From a virus: a stretch of DNA of 64,000 nucleotides. Where the stretch lies: the IMG/VR virus record IMGVR_UViG_3300032893_000011, positions 1 to 64,000 of that record; one strand, written 5' to 3'. The position numbers were made by a program, and so were the translations under genes. The notes beneath the pieces are model-generated. The model did no database searches and was not told where the DNA came from. It worked only from the letters and a program-made list of their open reading frames with translations. Shown here piece by piece: positions 54,701 through 64,000 of this stretch (position 1 is the stretch's first letter; every line of letters starts with the position of its first letter).

Positions 54701-56190
54701 TCGCAGCAACCCCGGCCGCAACCCTGACGGCAGGCCTGCTGGCCAACACAACCCAGACCATCACAGCCACCGCGGCTGCCAGCGCCACGCGCGCCGCCGT
54801 CTGCGACGCAACCCAGGGCATCACAGCGACAGGAGCGGCGTCGGCGCAGGCCGCGCTGCACGTCGACGCCACGCAAACCGTCAACGCCACCGCGGCTGCC
54901 AGCGCCACACGCGCCGCCGTCTGCGCCGACGCCCAGGCGCTCACTGCCGCCCCAATCGCCGCGCTGGGTGCGGCGCTACTGGCCAACGCCGCGCAGACCG
55001 CGGCCGTCGCCCCATCTGCGAGCGTCACCTACGGCGCCCTGGCCTCCGCCGCGCAAACCGCGACGGCCGCACCCGCCGCCACCGTCAACAAGGCAGCCGC
55101 CGCAGACGCCGCCCAAACCGTCAACGCGACAGCCTCGGCGGCCCTGACCGCGGCCCTGAAAGTCGACGCAGCCCAGAGCATCACTGCGTCCGCCTCGGCC
55201 AGCTCGGCGACCGGCCCGCAGGCCACCCAAACCATCGTCGCGACCCCCTCCGCGAGCCTGACCGCCAACCTGGCGTTGGCCGCCAACCAAACAGTTGGCG
55301 CCACCCCGACCGCCGGACTCGCACACAACGCCCCCGCCGACGCGGCGCAGGCGCTCACCGCGACCGCGACGGCCACCGCCACCCGATCCGCCACCGCAGA
55401 CGCCGCCCAAACCGTCAACGCCACCCCGACGGCGAGGGTCACCGCGGGCCTGAGGGCCGACGCCAGCCTGACGGTCACCGCCACCACAACAGCTGCCGCC
55501 ACGACCGGGCCGATGGCAACCCAGGCCGTCACCGCCACCGCCGCCGCCACCCTGTCCGCAGGGCTGAGAGTCGACGCGACCCAAACCCTCACAGCGACGG
55601 GTACAGCGTCGGCGACGCGCGGCGCGCCGCTGGACACCGCCCTCACCGCCACCGCAACCCCCGCAGCCGCCGCCAGGCTCGATGCCCGAACCGACGCCAC
55701 CGCAACCGTCAACGCCTCGATAGCGGGAGTGCTCGCCCAGGGGTTCCACCCCCACCCAACCGACCACGTCGCCATCACCGACGTCTACTACACCTCCGGG
55801 GCCGCCACCCCGGCCGACGCCGTCGCGCTCACCGACATCGCCACCTTCCAACTCGCCCACCGCGTCGCCGCCGCCGACCCCGAAAACCTCATCGACAAGC
55901 TCGCGACCCGCCTCGACGCGCAACGCCCCCACACCGACCCCTTGGCCCTGTCCGACACCGTCGTCGTCAGGCTCTACGGCGGGCCCGCGGTGCTGCACCC
56001 CCAGCAGGCCCGGCCCGTGCCCGGCGAACCCAAGCTGCGCGCACCCGCCCGCGCGCCGCAGCTGTTGACCGTAGCCGCCGAACCCGACCTGCGAGTGCGC
56101 CCCAACAGCGAAAAGCTCACCGCCCCCGCCCGGCGCGGCACGCTGACCGTGGCGGGGCGCAGCCGGCTGCGCGTCCCCGCCCGCACCTGA
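51787..56190 (+). CDS. Long Ala/Thr repeat fibre-like virion protein
   Basis: Beta-rich N-terminal domains then 20-aa repeats; in tail module. Confidence 0.75.
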   Translation: MAVIFDAVGAGNDVWAQTTATTNISWAHNAASGACVIAGMASRDTTTSSAASTDTSESCSYNTVDMGAALGTSKHNNSNTGYGNTTLFGMTGAPSGSKTVAASVTDTNNEVTGLAGCSVSYLGVGSISTCSTNGGSGTTASISVTAPAGAMIVVAFGAPNGSFSAFNGSTRYNHASAGGTDAGFMIGDVAATGSAQTISATVTSGFWSAIAVILLPTIPGAVLSRGTSVSGPTGSTWTYTGGAATSANAYDGTFGLYPVTYCVFTTSTANAVGTITPGGYFGAASVPTDASITINAVLRGYVNTVARWASITAQLLDSGGSAIGAAQTITLTTAVSTVAFTPNVAPTPAQINAGLQMLVTATHDGTSSSGIFRLDNVDITISYTRTPADAAQTVTATGAATIAHNAPVDAAAAAVASPTAAQTAALLANATQTATATTAATLVGALQANAALTATAAAAATATRAAVCDAAQTVTAAPTTTLTAALSANAAQAAIATSAATATRAAVCDAAQTGIATSAATLAAALQTNAAQTATAAPTATLTAALSANATQTVAASPAALAAAALLSNAAQTVTAAAAAAATAALQANTAQTVTATGSASLTAALLANGAQAVTATPAATLTGALLANAAQAVTAAPAATVAHNTPVDAAASIVGSAAATLTGALLADAAQAATATAVAAATRAAVCDATQAVVAAAAASANTALNANAAQTATATASASLTAALLANTAQTGMAAPTATLAAALLSNAAQTASATATATATAALQANAAQAVTAAPAATLTGALLANAAQTATAASAATLAAVLLGNAAQAVTATPTATAAHNATADTAQTVTATGLASLTAALKADAAQTITATAAAAAAGGADAPQTVNATAAATLTAALLANATQTVTATAATTATRAAVCDAAQSITAAPSASATRAAICDAAAAVTGSASAALTAALQANAAQTGIAAAAATLAHNAQPAAAQTVAATPAATLTAGLLANTTQTITATAAASATRAAVCDATQGITATGAASAQAALHVDATQTVNATAAASATRAAVCADAQALTAAPIAALGAALLANAAQTAAVAPSASVTYGALASAAQTATAAPAATVNKAAAADAAQTVNATASAALTAALKVDAAQSITASASASSATGPQATQTIVATPSASLTANLALAANQTVGATPTAGLAHNAPADAAQALTATATATATRSATADAAQTVNATPTARVTAGLRADASLTVTATTTAAATTGPMATQAVTATAAATLSAGLRVDATQTLTATGTASATRGAPLDTALTATATPAAAARLDARTDATATVNASIAGVLAQGFHPHPTDHVAITDVYYTSGAATPADAVALTDIATFQLAHRVAAADPENLIDKLATRLDAQRPHTDPLALSDTVVVRLYGGPAVLHPQQARPVPGEPKLRAPARAPQLLTVAAEPDLRVRPNSEKLTAPARRGTLTVAGRSRLRVPART
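52951..55730 (+). repeat. Degenerate 60-bp (20-aa) coding tandem repeat, roughly 45 units
   Basis: Consensus near NAAQTVTATAAATLTAALLA. Confidence 0.85.
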
Positions 56191-56209
56191 GCCGACTACC
56201 GTCAAGCCC

Positions 56210-56995
56210 GTGGGACTCCAATGGCCCGTAGATTTGTTCTGCCTACCGCCGCTGTCGTCGGCCGACGACGAAGGCGCCGCCAACCAGAACGCGGCGATCA
56301 ACCTGGCGATCACCACCATGTGGGCCCTGTCCGGGCGCCAGTACGGGCTCGTCGACCAGATCGTGCGGCCCTGCATCCAGACCATGCCGTGGTGGTCGCG
56401 GCGCAGCAGCTACGGCTACTCCGGCGACTACGCCGCCGTCACCAGCTACCTACTGTCCTGGGAGGGAGACCGCTGGGTCAACTGGTGGTGCGGCTGCGGC
56501 TCCATGTGCCGCCTGTCGGGGCCCGGCGCGGTGCACCTACCCGGCCCGGCACGCGAGGTCATCGCCGTCACCATCGGCGACACCATCCTCGACGCCGACC
56601 AGTACACCCTGGAAGGGGACATGCTGTACCGGGTCCGCGGAGCCGCCGACGTCGCCCACGGCCCCGAGAGCCGCGGCCACCACTGGCCCCGCCAGGACCT
56701 GTCGCGGCCCATGGGCCACCACAACACGTGGTCGGTGGAGTACCTGTGCGGCAACCCCGTCCCGCCGGAGCTGGCGCATTTGACCGGGGTGCTGGCCAAG
56801 GAGTTCCTGGCCGCCTGCCAGGGCGACAAGTGCCGCCTGCCCCGCAACGTCACCAACGTGAACCGTGCGGGCGTGTCCTACCAGATCGACACCACCCGCA
56901 TCCTGGAGGCAGGCAAGACGGGGATAGCCGAGATCGACCTGTGGCTGGCGGCGGTCAACCCCGCCAAGCTGCAATGCGCACCGTCGGTAATCTAA
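56210..56995 (+). CDS. Head-to-tail adaptor
   Basis: WALSGRQYG..VRPC, WPRQDL, LAKEF, CRLP, TGIAEIDLWLAAVNP. Confidence 0.8.
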   Translation: MGLQWPVDLFCLPPLSSADDEGAANQNAAINLAITTMWALSGRQYGLVDQIVRPCIQTMPWWSRRSSYGYSGDYAAVTSYLLSWEGDRWVNWWCGCGSMCRLSGPGAVHLPGPAREVIAVTIGDTILDADQYTLEGDMLYRVRGAADVAHGPESRGHHWPRQDLSRPMGHHNTWSVEYLCGNPVPPELAHLTGVLAKEFLAACQGDKCRLPRNVTNVNRAGVSYQIDTTRILEAGKTGIAEIDLWLAAVNPAKLQCAPSVI

Positions 56996-57526
56996 ATGTC
57001 GTCGCCCGCCCCCACCGATCCCGCCATCGAGGCGGTCTCCATCGTGATGGGCACCCTGGCCGACGCGTTCGACCCGAACGGCCCCTGGCCCCCGGTGCAG
57101 GGCTCCACCGACGTGCACTTCTTCGCCGGGGAGGGGCCCGCCACCGCGGCGTGGGACGCGCACACGACCCAACCCGGCTGCGACGCCCCGTTCCTGTGGG
57201 TGCGGGTCGCGCAGCGCTACCGCACCAAGCGCATCCCCGCGCCCGTCGTCGACCCCGCCAACTGCCAGCTGCCGCGGGCGATCACCGTGGAGGTGGGGGT
57301 GGCGCGCTGCGCGGTCGTCGACGTCGACGCCACCTGGGACGACTACGCCGCAGAGGCCGCCACCAGCCTCGACGACTCGTGGCGCATCGAGGCGGCGCTG
57401 TGCGCGGCGCGGGGCCGGCTGCTCACCGACTCCTACCTGGCGGCCACCCACCCGGTCAGCCCGTACGGCCCGGAGGGCGGGTTGTTAGCCTGGAGCGGGA
57501 TGATCGACATACAGATCGGAGACTGA
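56996..57526 (+). CDS. Tail terminator-like protein
   Basis: LWVRV, VEVGVARC, PYGPEGG; position. Confidence 0.65.
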   Translation: MSSPAPTDPAIEAVSIVMGTLADAFDPNGPWPPVQGSTDVHFFAGEGPATAAWDAHTTQPGCDAPFLWVRVAQRYRTKRIPAPVVDPANCQLPRAITVEVGVARCAVVDVDATWDDYAAEAATSLDDSWRIEAALCAARGRLLTDSYLAATHPVSPYGPEGGLLAWSGMIDIQIGD

Positions 57527-57530
57527 CGCG

Positions 57531-57800
57531 ATGAGGCTGGTCACCGTGCGCGGCAGCATCAACCCCTGCGTCGATTTGGCCACCGGCGATGAGATGACCT
57601 TCGAGTACAACGAGTGGGTCGACCGAAGAATCCAGCTTGGCTACTTCGATGTCGTCGAATGGTACGGCGACGAAGACACGCCACTGCCCCCGGAGGAGCC
57701 GCAACGCGAGCAGTCCATCGAGGACGACATCACACCGTGGCCCGTCCCGGTGGCCGAGCCGGCGCCCAAACGCCGCCGCGCCGCCAAAACCGGAGACTGA
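57531..57800 (+). CDS. Small protein, paralogue A
   Basis: VRGSINPCVDLATG. Confidence 0.6.
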   Translation: MRLVTVRGSINPCVDLATGDEMTFEYNEWVDRRIQLGYFDVVEWYGDEDTPLPPEEPQREQSIEDDITPWPVPVAEPAPKRRRAAKTGD

Positions 57801-57801
57801 C

Positions 57802-57969
57802 ATGGCCGAGATCGCGCTCATCGAGGGCAGCATCAACCCCTGCACCGACTTCGAGACCGGGCGGCAATACGTCGTGCCCTACACCGAGCACATCGCCCGC
57901 CTCGCCAAACGCGGCTACATCAACATCCTGGCCCGCCAACCCATACCGCTAAGCGGACACGTCGACTGA
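57802..57969 (+). CDS. Small protein, paralogue B
   Basis: IEGSINPCTDFETG. Confidence 0.6.
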   Translation: MAEIALIEGSINPCTDFETGRQYVVPYTEHIARLAKRGYINILARQPIPLSGHVD

Positions 57970-57978
57970 GAACACGAC

Positions 57979-58419
57979 ATGACCAAAGGGATCGTCACCT
58001 ACACCATCCACATCGACCGGCCCGCAGTGGAGGCCGAGTTCATCAAGGTCGCCACCAGCCGCGTCGACCACGTCACCGGCGAGATCGCGAAGACCGCGAA
58101 GCTGCTGGCACCGTTCCGCACCGGCCGGCTCAAGGCGCGGATCGGCGCGACGCACGCCAAGCGCACCGGGCCGTGGCGGGTGCAGGGCGAGGCGGTGTCG
58201 CGTGCGAAATACTCCGCGTACGTCCACGACGGCACCCGACCCCACATCATCCGGGCCCGGCGCGCCGCCGCGCTGCACTTCTTCTGGCCCAAGGTCGGGC
58301 GCGAAGTTTTCTTCCGGCACGTGCACCACCCCGGGACCCGGCCGAGGCCGTTCATGCTTGAGGCGGCCGAGGAAGTCGCAAGAATACAGCGCGCCAAAGA
58401 AGCGCTGTACCATCCCTAA
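57979..58419 (+). CDS. HK97 gp10-like neck/tail completion protein
   Basis: APFRTGRLK, YVHDGTRPH, HPGTRPRPFM. Confidence 0.8.
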   Translation: MTKGIVTYTIHIDRPAVEAEFIKVATSRVDHVTGEIAKTAKLLAPFRTGRLKARIGATHAKRTGPWRVQGEAVSRAKYSAYVHDGTRPHIIRARRAAALHFFWPKVGREVFFRHVHHPGTRPRPFMLEAAEEVARIQRAKEALYHP

Positions 58420-58433
58420 AAGGACGCAGCGAG

Positions 58434-58901
58434 ATGAAGGACCAGCCCGAACCCATCGAGGTGCTCGACGCCGAACCCGAGGACCCGCCCGCGCCCGCGC
58501 CCGCTGCGAAGCCCGGGAAAGCGGCGGTGCTGCTGTCCAACATCGAGGGGTGGGAAGACCCCGGCACCGACGGACGCTACGACGTGTGCGTCGAATTCTT
58601 CGGCGACAAACTGAGGCTACGTAAACCCAAATCGCAGTCGTTGAACGCGCTGAGCTGGGCGAGCCTGCCCGGGGTGGACCCAATGACCACCAACCGGGTC
58701 ACCGGGAACTTCGTGAAACGCCACATGTCCCCCGAATCGTGGGAACGGCTGTTCGCCGACCGGCTCGTCGACCCCGACGACCCCGACTGCGACGAGGAAA
58801 CCATCGGGAAACTGATCACCGAACTGTGCGACCTGGCGGTGCGGGAACTCAACGAGAAACCCGCCAACCGGGCCGAGCGCCGTCACCCGACCGGTCCGTG
58901 A
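58434..58901 (+). CDS. Tail assembly chaperone (putative)
   Basis: Immediately upstream of tape measure; NRAERR ending. Confidence 0.65.
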   Translation: MKDQPEPIEVLDAEPEDPPAPAPAAKPGKAAVLLSNIEGWEDPGTDGRYDVCVEFFGDKLRLRKPKSQSLNALSWASLPGVDPMTTNRVTGNFVKRHMSPESWERLFADRLVDPDDPDCDEETIGKLITELCDLAVRELNEKPANRAERRHPTGP

Positions 58902-58930
58902 CCCGGCACCCGCAGCGATAATCTGAGCCG

Positions 58931-61900
58931 GTGGTCGACGCCGGTCAGGTCCGCATCAACGTAGTTATCGATGCGCGCGACCTCGGCAACGAAGTCAACG
59001 CCGCCGTGCGCAGCGCCGTGACGCCCGCCGTCGCCAAGGCCCAGGCTCAGGTGAACAGCCTCAACACGGCGATGGGCAAGGTCGACGCCACCAAGTTCCA
59101 GCAGATGGCAGCCAACGCCATCAACACCAACCAGGCCGTGCAACGGGCGCGCCTATCGGTGCAGCAGTACGGCACGGCGGTAGCCGACGCGCAGAAGGCC
59201 TCACGCAAAGCCGACGCCGAATACCAGAAGGCGATGAACGCCCGAACCACCGCCTACAAGGCGTGGCAGAAAGTCGTCAAAGACAAAGGCGAGATAGCGG
59301 CGATCCTCAACGCCAAGGAAGCCTACGAGGCCACCGCCAAAGCCGAGCAGAAAGCCGCCGCCGCGAGCCAGAAATCCCACGCCGCCGAGCAGTCGGCCAT
59401 CTTCAAGGACCAGCAGGCGCGCCTGCGGGCCGCCGCAGCCGAGCAGGCCGCCGTCACGAAGATGATCACCCTGCAGCAGCGGCTCAACCGTGAACGCGAA
59501 CGCTATACACGCGGCGGCGGGGGTGGACGTGGTGGCGGCGGCGGCGGAGGAGGGGGCGGAGGCGGGGGTGCCGTGCCCTTCCGGCTGGAAACCACCGTGC
59601 TGCAAATCTTCACCCGGCAGTGGCAGACCCTGGCCGCCACGATGGGCTCCGCCACCATCGCCGTGGCCTCCCTGTCGCCGGTCATCGGGGCCCTGGCAGG
59701 GGCGCTGGGGGTGCTCGCCGGGGGCATCGGCATCGTCCTCGGCGGCCTCGGGCAGCTGACCACCGGGATCGGGGCGCTGATACCGGCGTTCGGCGGGGCG
59801 GTCGCCGCCATCAAAACAGGCCTGAGCGGGCTCGCCGAGGGCGCCAAAGAATACATGAAGCAGTTCTCCGACGCCCAAACGCAGCTATCCGTGCAGATCG
59901 GCAACCTGATGGGCCCCATGCTCAGCGCATGGACAGGGGTGTCGTCGCGCATCAAACTGGACTTCGCGCAGACCCTGGTGCCCGCGTTCAACAACCTGGC
60001 CGCGGTCATCAACAAGGTCGCCCCGGCGCTCGACGCGGTCGCCACCGCGGCCGGCGGGGTCATCAACGACATCACGGCCACCCTCAACGCGCTCGCCCCC
60101 CAGCTCAACGCCGTCCTGGAGGGCTCGCGGGCGCTGATCACCACGATCGGCCCAGGTGTGCAGGCCCTGCTCGCCGGCATGGTGAGCCTGTCCGCCGCGG
60201 CGCAGCAGTCGATGCCCCTGATCTCGGGGGCGATCCGCGATGCCCTGTCGGCGATCGGCGCGGCCATGAGGGAGGTCGCCGCCAGCCCCGAGCTGCAGGC
60301 CGCGCTGGCGTCGTTCGCGCAGGGCGTGAAAGTGCTGGGCGACCAGCTCGCCGGGTTCGGCAAAGAAATGGTCCACCTGGCGGCCGTGGCGGGCCCCGTC
60401 GCCAACCAACTGGGTGTCGTGTTCGGGCAGATGGTCCACCAGGTCGCCGACGCGTTCGCCGACCTGGCCACCAAGGTCGGGCCGATATTCAACCAGTTCG
60501 TCGCCGCGACCGGGCCTGGGCTGTCGCGGCTGATAGGCGACTTCGGGCGGCTCGGCCAGATCGTCGGCCCCACACTGATCCCGCTGTTCACCGCGCTGGG
60601 CAACGCCATCCACAGCATCATCGAACCGCTCGGCGCGCTGGGTAAACAGTTCGTGCAGGGCCTGACCTCGATACTGCCCGACCTGGCGCAGGCCATCAAA
60701 TCGGTGATGATCCCCATGGAGCAGCTGCTGCCCACCTTCGGCACCCTGCTCAAGGGCGCGCTGGACACCGTGATCGCGCTGGGCCCGGCGATCAACGCCG
60801 TCGCGGGCGGCATCGGCGACCTCGCGCAGGGCATCATGACGGCGCTGCACCCGGTGCTGCCGACGGTCCGCGAGCTCGCGGAAACACTGGCGCCGACCCT
60901 GAAGCAGATCGGCGACGCCGCCGCGCAGCTCCTCCCGACGCTCGGCCCGGTCATCGCGTCGCTGGTGGCTGCGCTGACACCGGTCGCGCAGATCCTCGGG
61001 CAGGTCATCGTCTTAAGCCTCAAAAACCTCGCCACCATCATTTCGGCGATCACCCCGGCGCTGACGACGTTCTTCACGATGGTCGCGCAGGGATTCAACG
61101 AGATAGCGCCGCAGCTTGACCAGCTGCTGGGCGAGCTTGCCCAGCAGATGCCGCAGATCATGGCCACCCTGGCGCCCGTGCTCAACGACCTGGCGGCCGG
61201 GCTGGGGCAGGTGGCCATAGAGGTGATCAAGCTGCTACCCCCGCTGCTGACCATCGCGCCGAAATTCCTGGAAACCGCCGCCAACATCGGTGGGCGCCTG
61301 GTGCCGACGATGATTCCGCTGCTGGATGTCCTGGGCAAAGTGCTGTCGATAATGCAGCCCCTGATCGACGCCATGACTCGCCTCAAGGCGCCGATTGATC
61401 TGATCAACCTGGCGCTGGACCACATGAGCGGCGTGGTGAACGCGCTGGTCGGGCCCTTGGGGCGGCTGATCGGGACGATACCCGGGCACGGCCAGGGTGC
61501 TGGCGCCCCCCCGCCGTCGGGTCAGCTGCCGGCCGGGCCGCCCCTGTGGGACTACCTGCCGTACCAGCCCAACGTTCAAGGGCAGATGACCAAGCCGCGA
61601 CAGTTCGTCCCCGGCGTGACACCGGGGGCCACACCCGCCATCCCCTACCTGCAGGCGGGACCGCAGCCGTTCACACCGGTCACAGGCGCGGCCGGGGCTG
61701 GCGCCAAACCACCCCAACCCCCCGAGCTGCCCATCCAGGAGGTGCCGCTGGGCCTGCTGCCCCAAACCGCGGCGCAAACCGACCTGCTCAAACAGATCCG
61801 CGACCTGCTCAACGGCACCGGCAACGCCAACGCCCCCTTGAACAATTTGAAGGATCTGCACGACGCCGTGCGCCAGATCGGCACCGACCTGAAGAAATCC

Positions 61901-64000
61901 CTGCCCGCCAGCCGGCTCCCGCCGGGGGCCATCCCCGGCCGCATAGGGCCGTGGGGCACGCCCATCCCGCCGCAGAACCCGCCCGGCTACCAGGTGGCCG
62001 CCGCCGTGATCCAAGCGCTGGGCGGCAACGTCGAAGCCGCTATCGGCGAATCCCCGATCCAGTACGCGCAGGAGCAGTGGGAGCAGGACGTCGACCGGTG
62101 GGTGGACAAGGCGGATCAGCAGATCAGCCAGTGGGAGCAGATGCTGCAGGAGATGCAGCAGTGGAACGCCTACCAGCAGGAGTATCTGGACTGGCTGCAG
62201 GGGCAGTCGCAGCAGAAGCCGATACCGGGGATGCCGTGGACCGCCCCCAACATTCCGCCGCCCGCGACGGGGCCGCGGCTGCCGCAGTTCGGACCGCCAC
62301 CGGGCTGGCCACCCGGATCAGCCCCGCCGCAGCAGCCGGGCTGGCCATCCGCGACACCCGGCTGGCCCTCGGCGCAAGGTTACGCGCAGATGGCGCCACC
62401 GGTCACCCTCCAGCCGGCTGCCGGCGCCCACGCCGTCATACCGCCCAACCCCACCAAGGACCAGGTGATCGCCGCGATCATCGCCGAAGGCCGGGCGCGC
62501 GGACTCAGCGACCAGGAGATCGCCGGTGTGCTGTCGGTGGCGCAGCAGGAAAGCGGCTTCAACCTTGAGGGGTTCATGGGGTTCGCGACGAAAACCACCG
62601 ACACCGGCTACACCGGCGGGGCCGCCTACGCCAACCAGTGGAACCCGGCCCTGCAGAAGTTCTACGACAACTACATGGCCGGTGGGTACGGGGCCGCCGG
62701 TGGCCCCCAAGCCAAGGCCGCGGCGCTGCAGGCCCTCCAAAGCGGCAACCCGCAGCCGTTCCTGAACTGGCTTCAGTCCGGTGTGCAGGGCATACCGAAC
62801 ACGGTGGGACTCAACGCCTCGTTCGGCCCCAATATCGCCGCCAACTATCCGCTGTGGCTGTCTAGGCTGTCCACGACATCCACCATCGGTGTCCCCCACC
62901 TGGGCACCGGACTGCCGCCCGGACCGACAGCACCCGGGCTGCCCGGAGCCAACATCGCCACCGCAGGTAGCCCCATCCCGGTGTGGGTCGTCGGCAGCGG
63001 CCCGATGACCGGCGCCGGGTTCGGCCCGATGCCTGGAGCCGGGTTCGGCCCGCCAGGAGGCCTCGGCGGCCTCCCAGCGCCGCCGCAAGGCTCCAGCTTC
63101 GCCGGTGCCGCAGCCAGCAGTGCCGGTGTCCAAGCCGCGATCCAGCTGGCACAGCAGGCGGCGGGCGGTCAATACCAGTGGGGCGGCGTGGGACCGCTCT
63201 ACGACTGCAGCGGCCTCATCTCCACGCTGTACGCGGCGATCACCGGCAAGCCCTTCGGCGGCGGGCAACGCTACTTCACCACCGACTCCAACTTCGCCTC
63301 GCTGGGGTTCGTGCCCGGCTACAACCCCGCGTCGGCGCTGAACATCTCCACCACCGGGGAGCACATCACCGGGCAACTCGCCGGGGTGCCGGTCGAGGCG
63401 CACGCGCCGGGCATTCCCACAAGTGTTGGCCCCGGCGCGACCTTCCCGCTGCCCGGCGGCACACCCTACTACCTGCCCATCGACGTCAACGGCCAACCGC
63501 TGGGACCCCCAACCGCGGCGCTGACATCCTGGAACGCCCCGGCCCCGCCGAGCACCGCGAACGCCTCACCGGCCTACTATCCAGGCCTGGGGCAGCCCGG
63601 CGGGCTGGGCTCGGTGGGCTCACCGGTGCCCGTGTACGTCACCAACTGGCCGTCCAGCGGGCCCGCAGCCCGCGGCGCCCCCCTGCCCGGCAGCACCGCA
63701 GCCCAGCAGATCGGCGAAGGGGTCGGGAATGTCGCCGCCAACGTCACCGGCAACATCCTCGACGCGATCGGTGGCCTGGGCAACCAGCCGTGGCAGCCAT
63801 GGAAGCAGCAGCCCGCCGCGTCGGTTTGGCAGCTCGCCAACCAGGGCAACCCGCTGGCCATCGCCGCAGCCGCGGGTTTCACCGTCCCGTCGTTCGCCAT
63901 GTCCGGCTCGGGTATCGGCCCCAACCAGATCGCCGCCCCGCCGAGCCCCGCGTTCAACGCGCAGGGGCAACTCTTCAGCGACACCGCCGCGCTGCTCGAA
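58931..64000 (+). CDS. Tape measure protein (runs off window) with cell-wall hydrolase-like motifs
   Basis: GTG 58931 VVDAGQVRINV; long Ala/Leu amphipathic repeats; IIAEGRARGLS..AQQESGFN (transglycosylase-like, about 62.5 kb); YQWGG..DCSGL (NlpC/P60-like, about 63.2 kb); same frame at window end. Confidence 0.85.
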   Translation, partial: MVDAGQVRINVVIDARDLGNEVNAAVRSAVTPAVAKAQAQVNSLNTAMGKVDATKFQQMAANAINTNQAVQRARLSVQQYGTAVADAQKASRKADAEYQKAMNARTTAYKAWQKVVKDKGEIAAILNAKEAYEATAKAEQKAAAASQKSHAAEQSAIFKDQQARLRAAAAEQAAVTKMITLQQRLNRERERYTRGGGGGRGGGGGGGGGGGGGAVPFRLETTVLQIFTRQWQTLAATMGSATIAVASLSPVIGALAGALGVLAGGIGIVLGGLGQLTTGIGALIPAFGGAVAAIKTGLSGLAEGAKEYMKQFSDAQTQLSVQIGNLMGPMLSAWTGVSSRIKLDFAQTLVPAFNNLAAVINKVAPALDAVATAAGGVINDITATLNALAPQLNAVLEGSRALITTIGPGVQALLAGMVSLSAAAQQSMPLISGAIRDALSAIGAAMREVAASPELQAALASFAQGVKVLGDQLAGFGKEMVHLAAVAGPVANQLGVVFGQMVHQVADAFADLATKVGPIFNQFVAATGPGLSRLIGDFGRLGQIVGPTLIPLFTALGNAIHSIIEPLGALGKQFVQGLTSILPDLAQAIKSVMIPMEQLLPTFGTLLKGALDTVIALGPAINAVAGGIGDLAQGIMTALHPVLPTVRELAETLAPTLKQIGDAAAQLLPTLGPVIASLVAALTPVAQILGQVIVLSLKNLATIISAITPALTTFFTMVAQGFNEIAPQLDQLLGELAQQMPQIMATLAPVLNDLAAGLGQVAIEVIKLLPPLLTIAPKFLETAANIGGRLVPTMIPLLDVLGKVLSIMQPLIDAMTRLKAPIDLINLALDHMSGVVNALVGPLGRLIGTIPGHGQGAGAPPPSGQLPAGPPLWDYLPYQPNVQGQMTKPRQFVPGVTPGATPAIPYLQAGPQPFTPVTGAAGAGAKPPQPPELPIQEVPLGLLPQTAAQTDLLKQIRDLLNGTGNANAPLNNLKDLHDAVRQIGTDLKKSLPASRLPPGAIPGRIGPWGTPIPPQNPPGYQVAAAVIQALGGNVEAAIGESPIQYAQEQWEQDVDRWVDKADQQISQWEQMLQEMQQWNAYQQEYLDWLQGQSQQKPIPGMPWTAPNIPPPATGPRLPQFGPPPGWPPGSAPPQQPGWPSATPGWPSAQGYAQMAPPVTLQPAAGAHAVIPPNPTKDQVIAAIIAEGRARGLSDQEIAGVLSVAQQESGFNLEGFMGFATKTTDTGYTGGAAYANQWNPALQKFYDNYMAGGYGAAGGPQAKAAALQALQSGNPQPFLNWLQSGVQGIPNTVGLNASFGPNIAANYPLWLSRLSTTSTIGVPHLGTGLPPGPTAPGLPGANIATAGSPIPVWVVGSGPMTGAGFGPMPGAGFGPPGGLGGLPAPPQGSSFAGAAASSAGVQAAIQLAQQAAGGQYQWGGVGPLYDCSGLISTLYAAITGKPFGGGQRYFTTDSNFASLGFVPGYNPASALNISTTGEHITGQLAGVPVEAHAPGIPTSVGPGATFPLPGGTPYYLPIDVNGQPLGPPTAALTSWNAPAPPSTANASPAYYPGLGQPGGLGSVGSPVPVYVTNWPSSGPAARGAPLPGSTAAQQIGEGVGNVAANVTGNILDAIGGLGNQPWQPWKQQPAASVWQLANQGNPLAIAAAAGFTVPSFAMSGSGIGPNQIAAPPSPAFNAQGQLFSDTAALLE

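Larger units (their letters stand above)
7800..64000. mobile_element. Siphovirus-type phage/prophage region, cluster-B-like gene order; boundaries not determined
   Basis: Terminase, portal, MuF/protease, capsid pair, tail and tape measure in order. Confidence 0.85.

Noticed and set aside
52932-55778. Long Ala/Val minus-strand ORFs and possible CRISPR-like periodicity
   Set aside because: Antisense of degenerate coding repeats; no identical repeats with unique spacers
58434-58931. Programmed frameshift in the tail assembly chaperone
   Set aside because: No room for a second chaperone ORF before the tape measure start; no supported slippery product
59503-61425. 640-aa minus-strand ORF and neighbours
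   Set aside because: Shadow of the tape measure gene, which the track omits because it has no stop in the window

Overview
High-GC (roughly 70% by eye) actinobacterial, most likely mycobacterial, mobile element. 1-7.0 kb: Gram-positive conjugation (Tcp/T4SS-like) genes: TcpC/VirB8-like, small membrane protein, VirB4-like ATPase and a VirB6/TcpH-like membrane protein. 7-64 kb, mostly co-oriented with them: a siphovirus organised like cluster-B mycobacteriophages. It carries a DNA base-hypermodification cluster (ParB-N, TET/JBP dioxygenase, amino acid:DNA transferase-like, second 2OG hydroxylase, P-loop kinase), terminase, Rpf, RusA, a C5 methyltransferase, portal (one intein), a MuF/capsid-maturation fusion (two inteins), hexamer- and pentamer-type capsid proteins, tail genes and a tape measure running off the right end. 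About nine glycan synthesis/modification genes are scattered through it. Highlights: (1) both MuF inteins lack an in-frame homing endonuclease but carry an HTH + Vsr/DUF559-like nuclease gene on the opposite strand, each with a TAGAAT -10 box upstream; (2) conjugation and virion modules appear to be on one element; (3) a translationally coupled array of tiny Arg-rich protamine-like genes; (4) an over-represented palindrome CGTTAACG shared by both modules. No integrase, relaxase, VirD4, replication initiator, endolysin, CRISPR array or convincing tRNA was seen. All family calls are by-eye motif recognition, not database searches.
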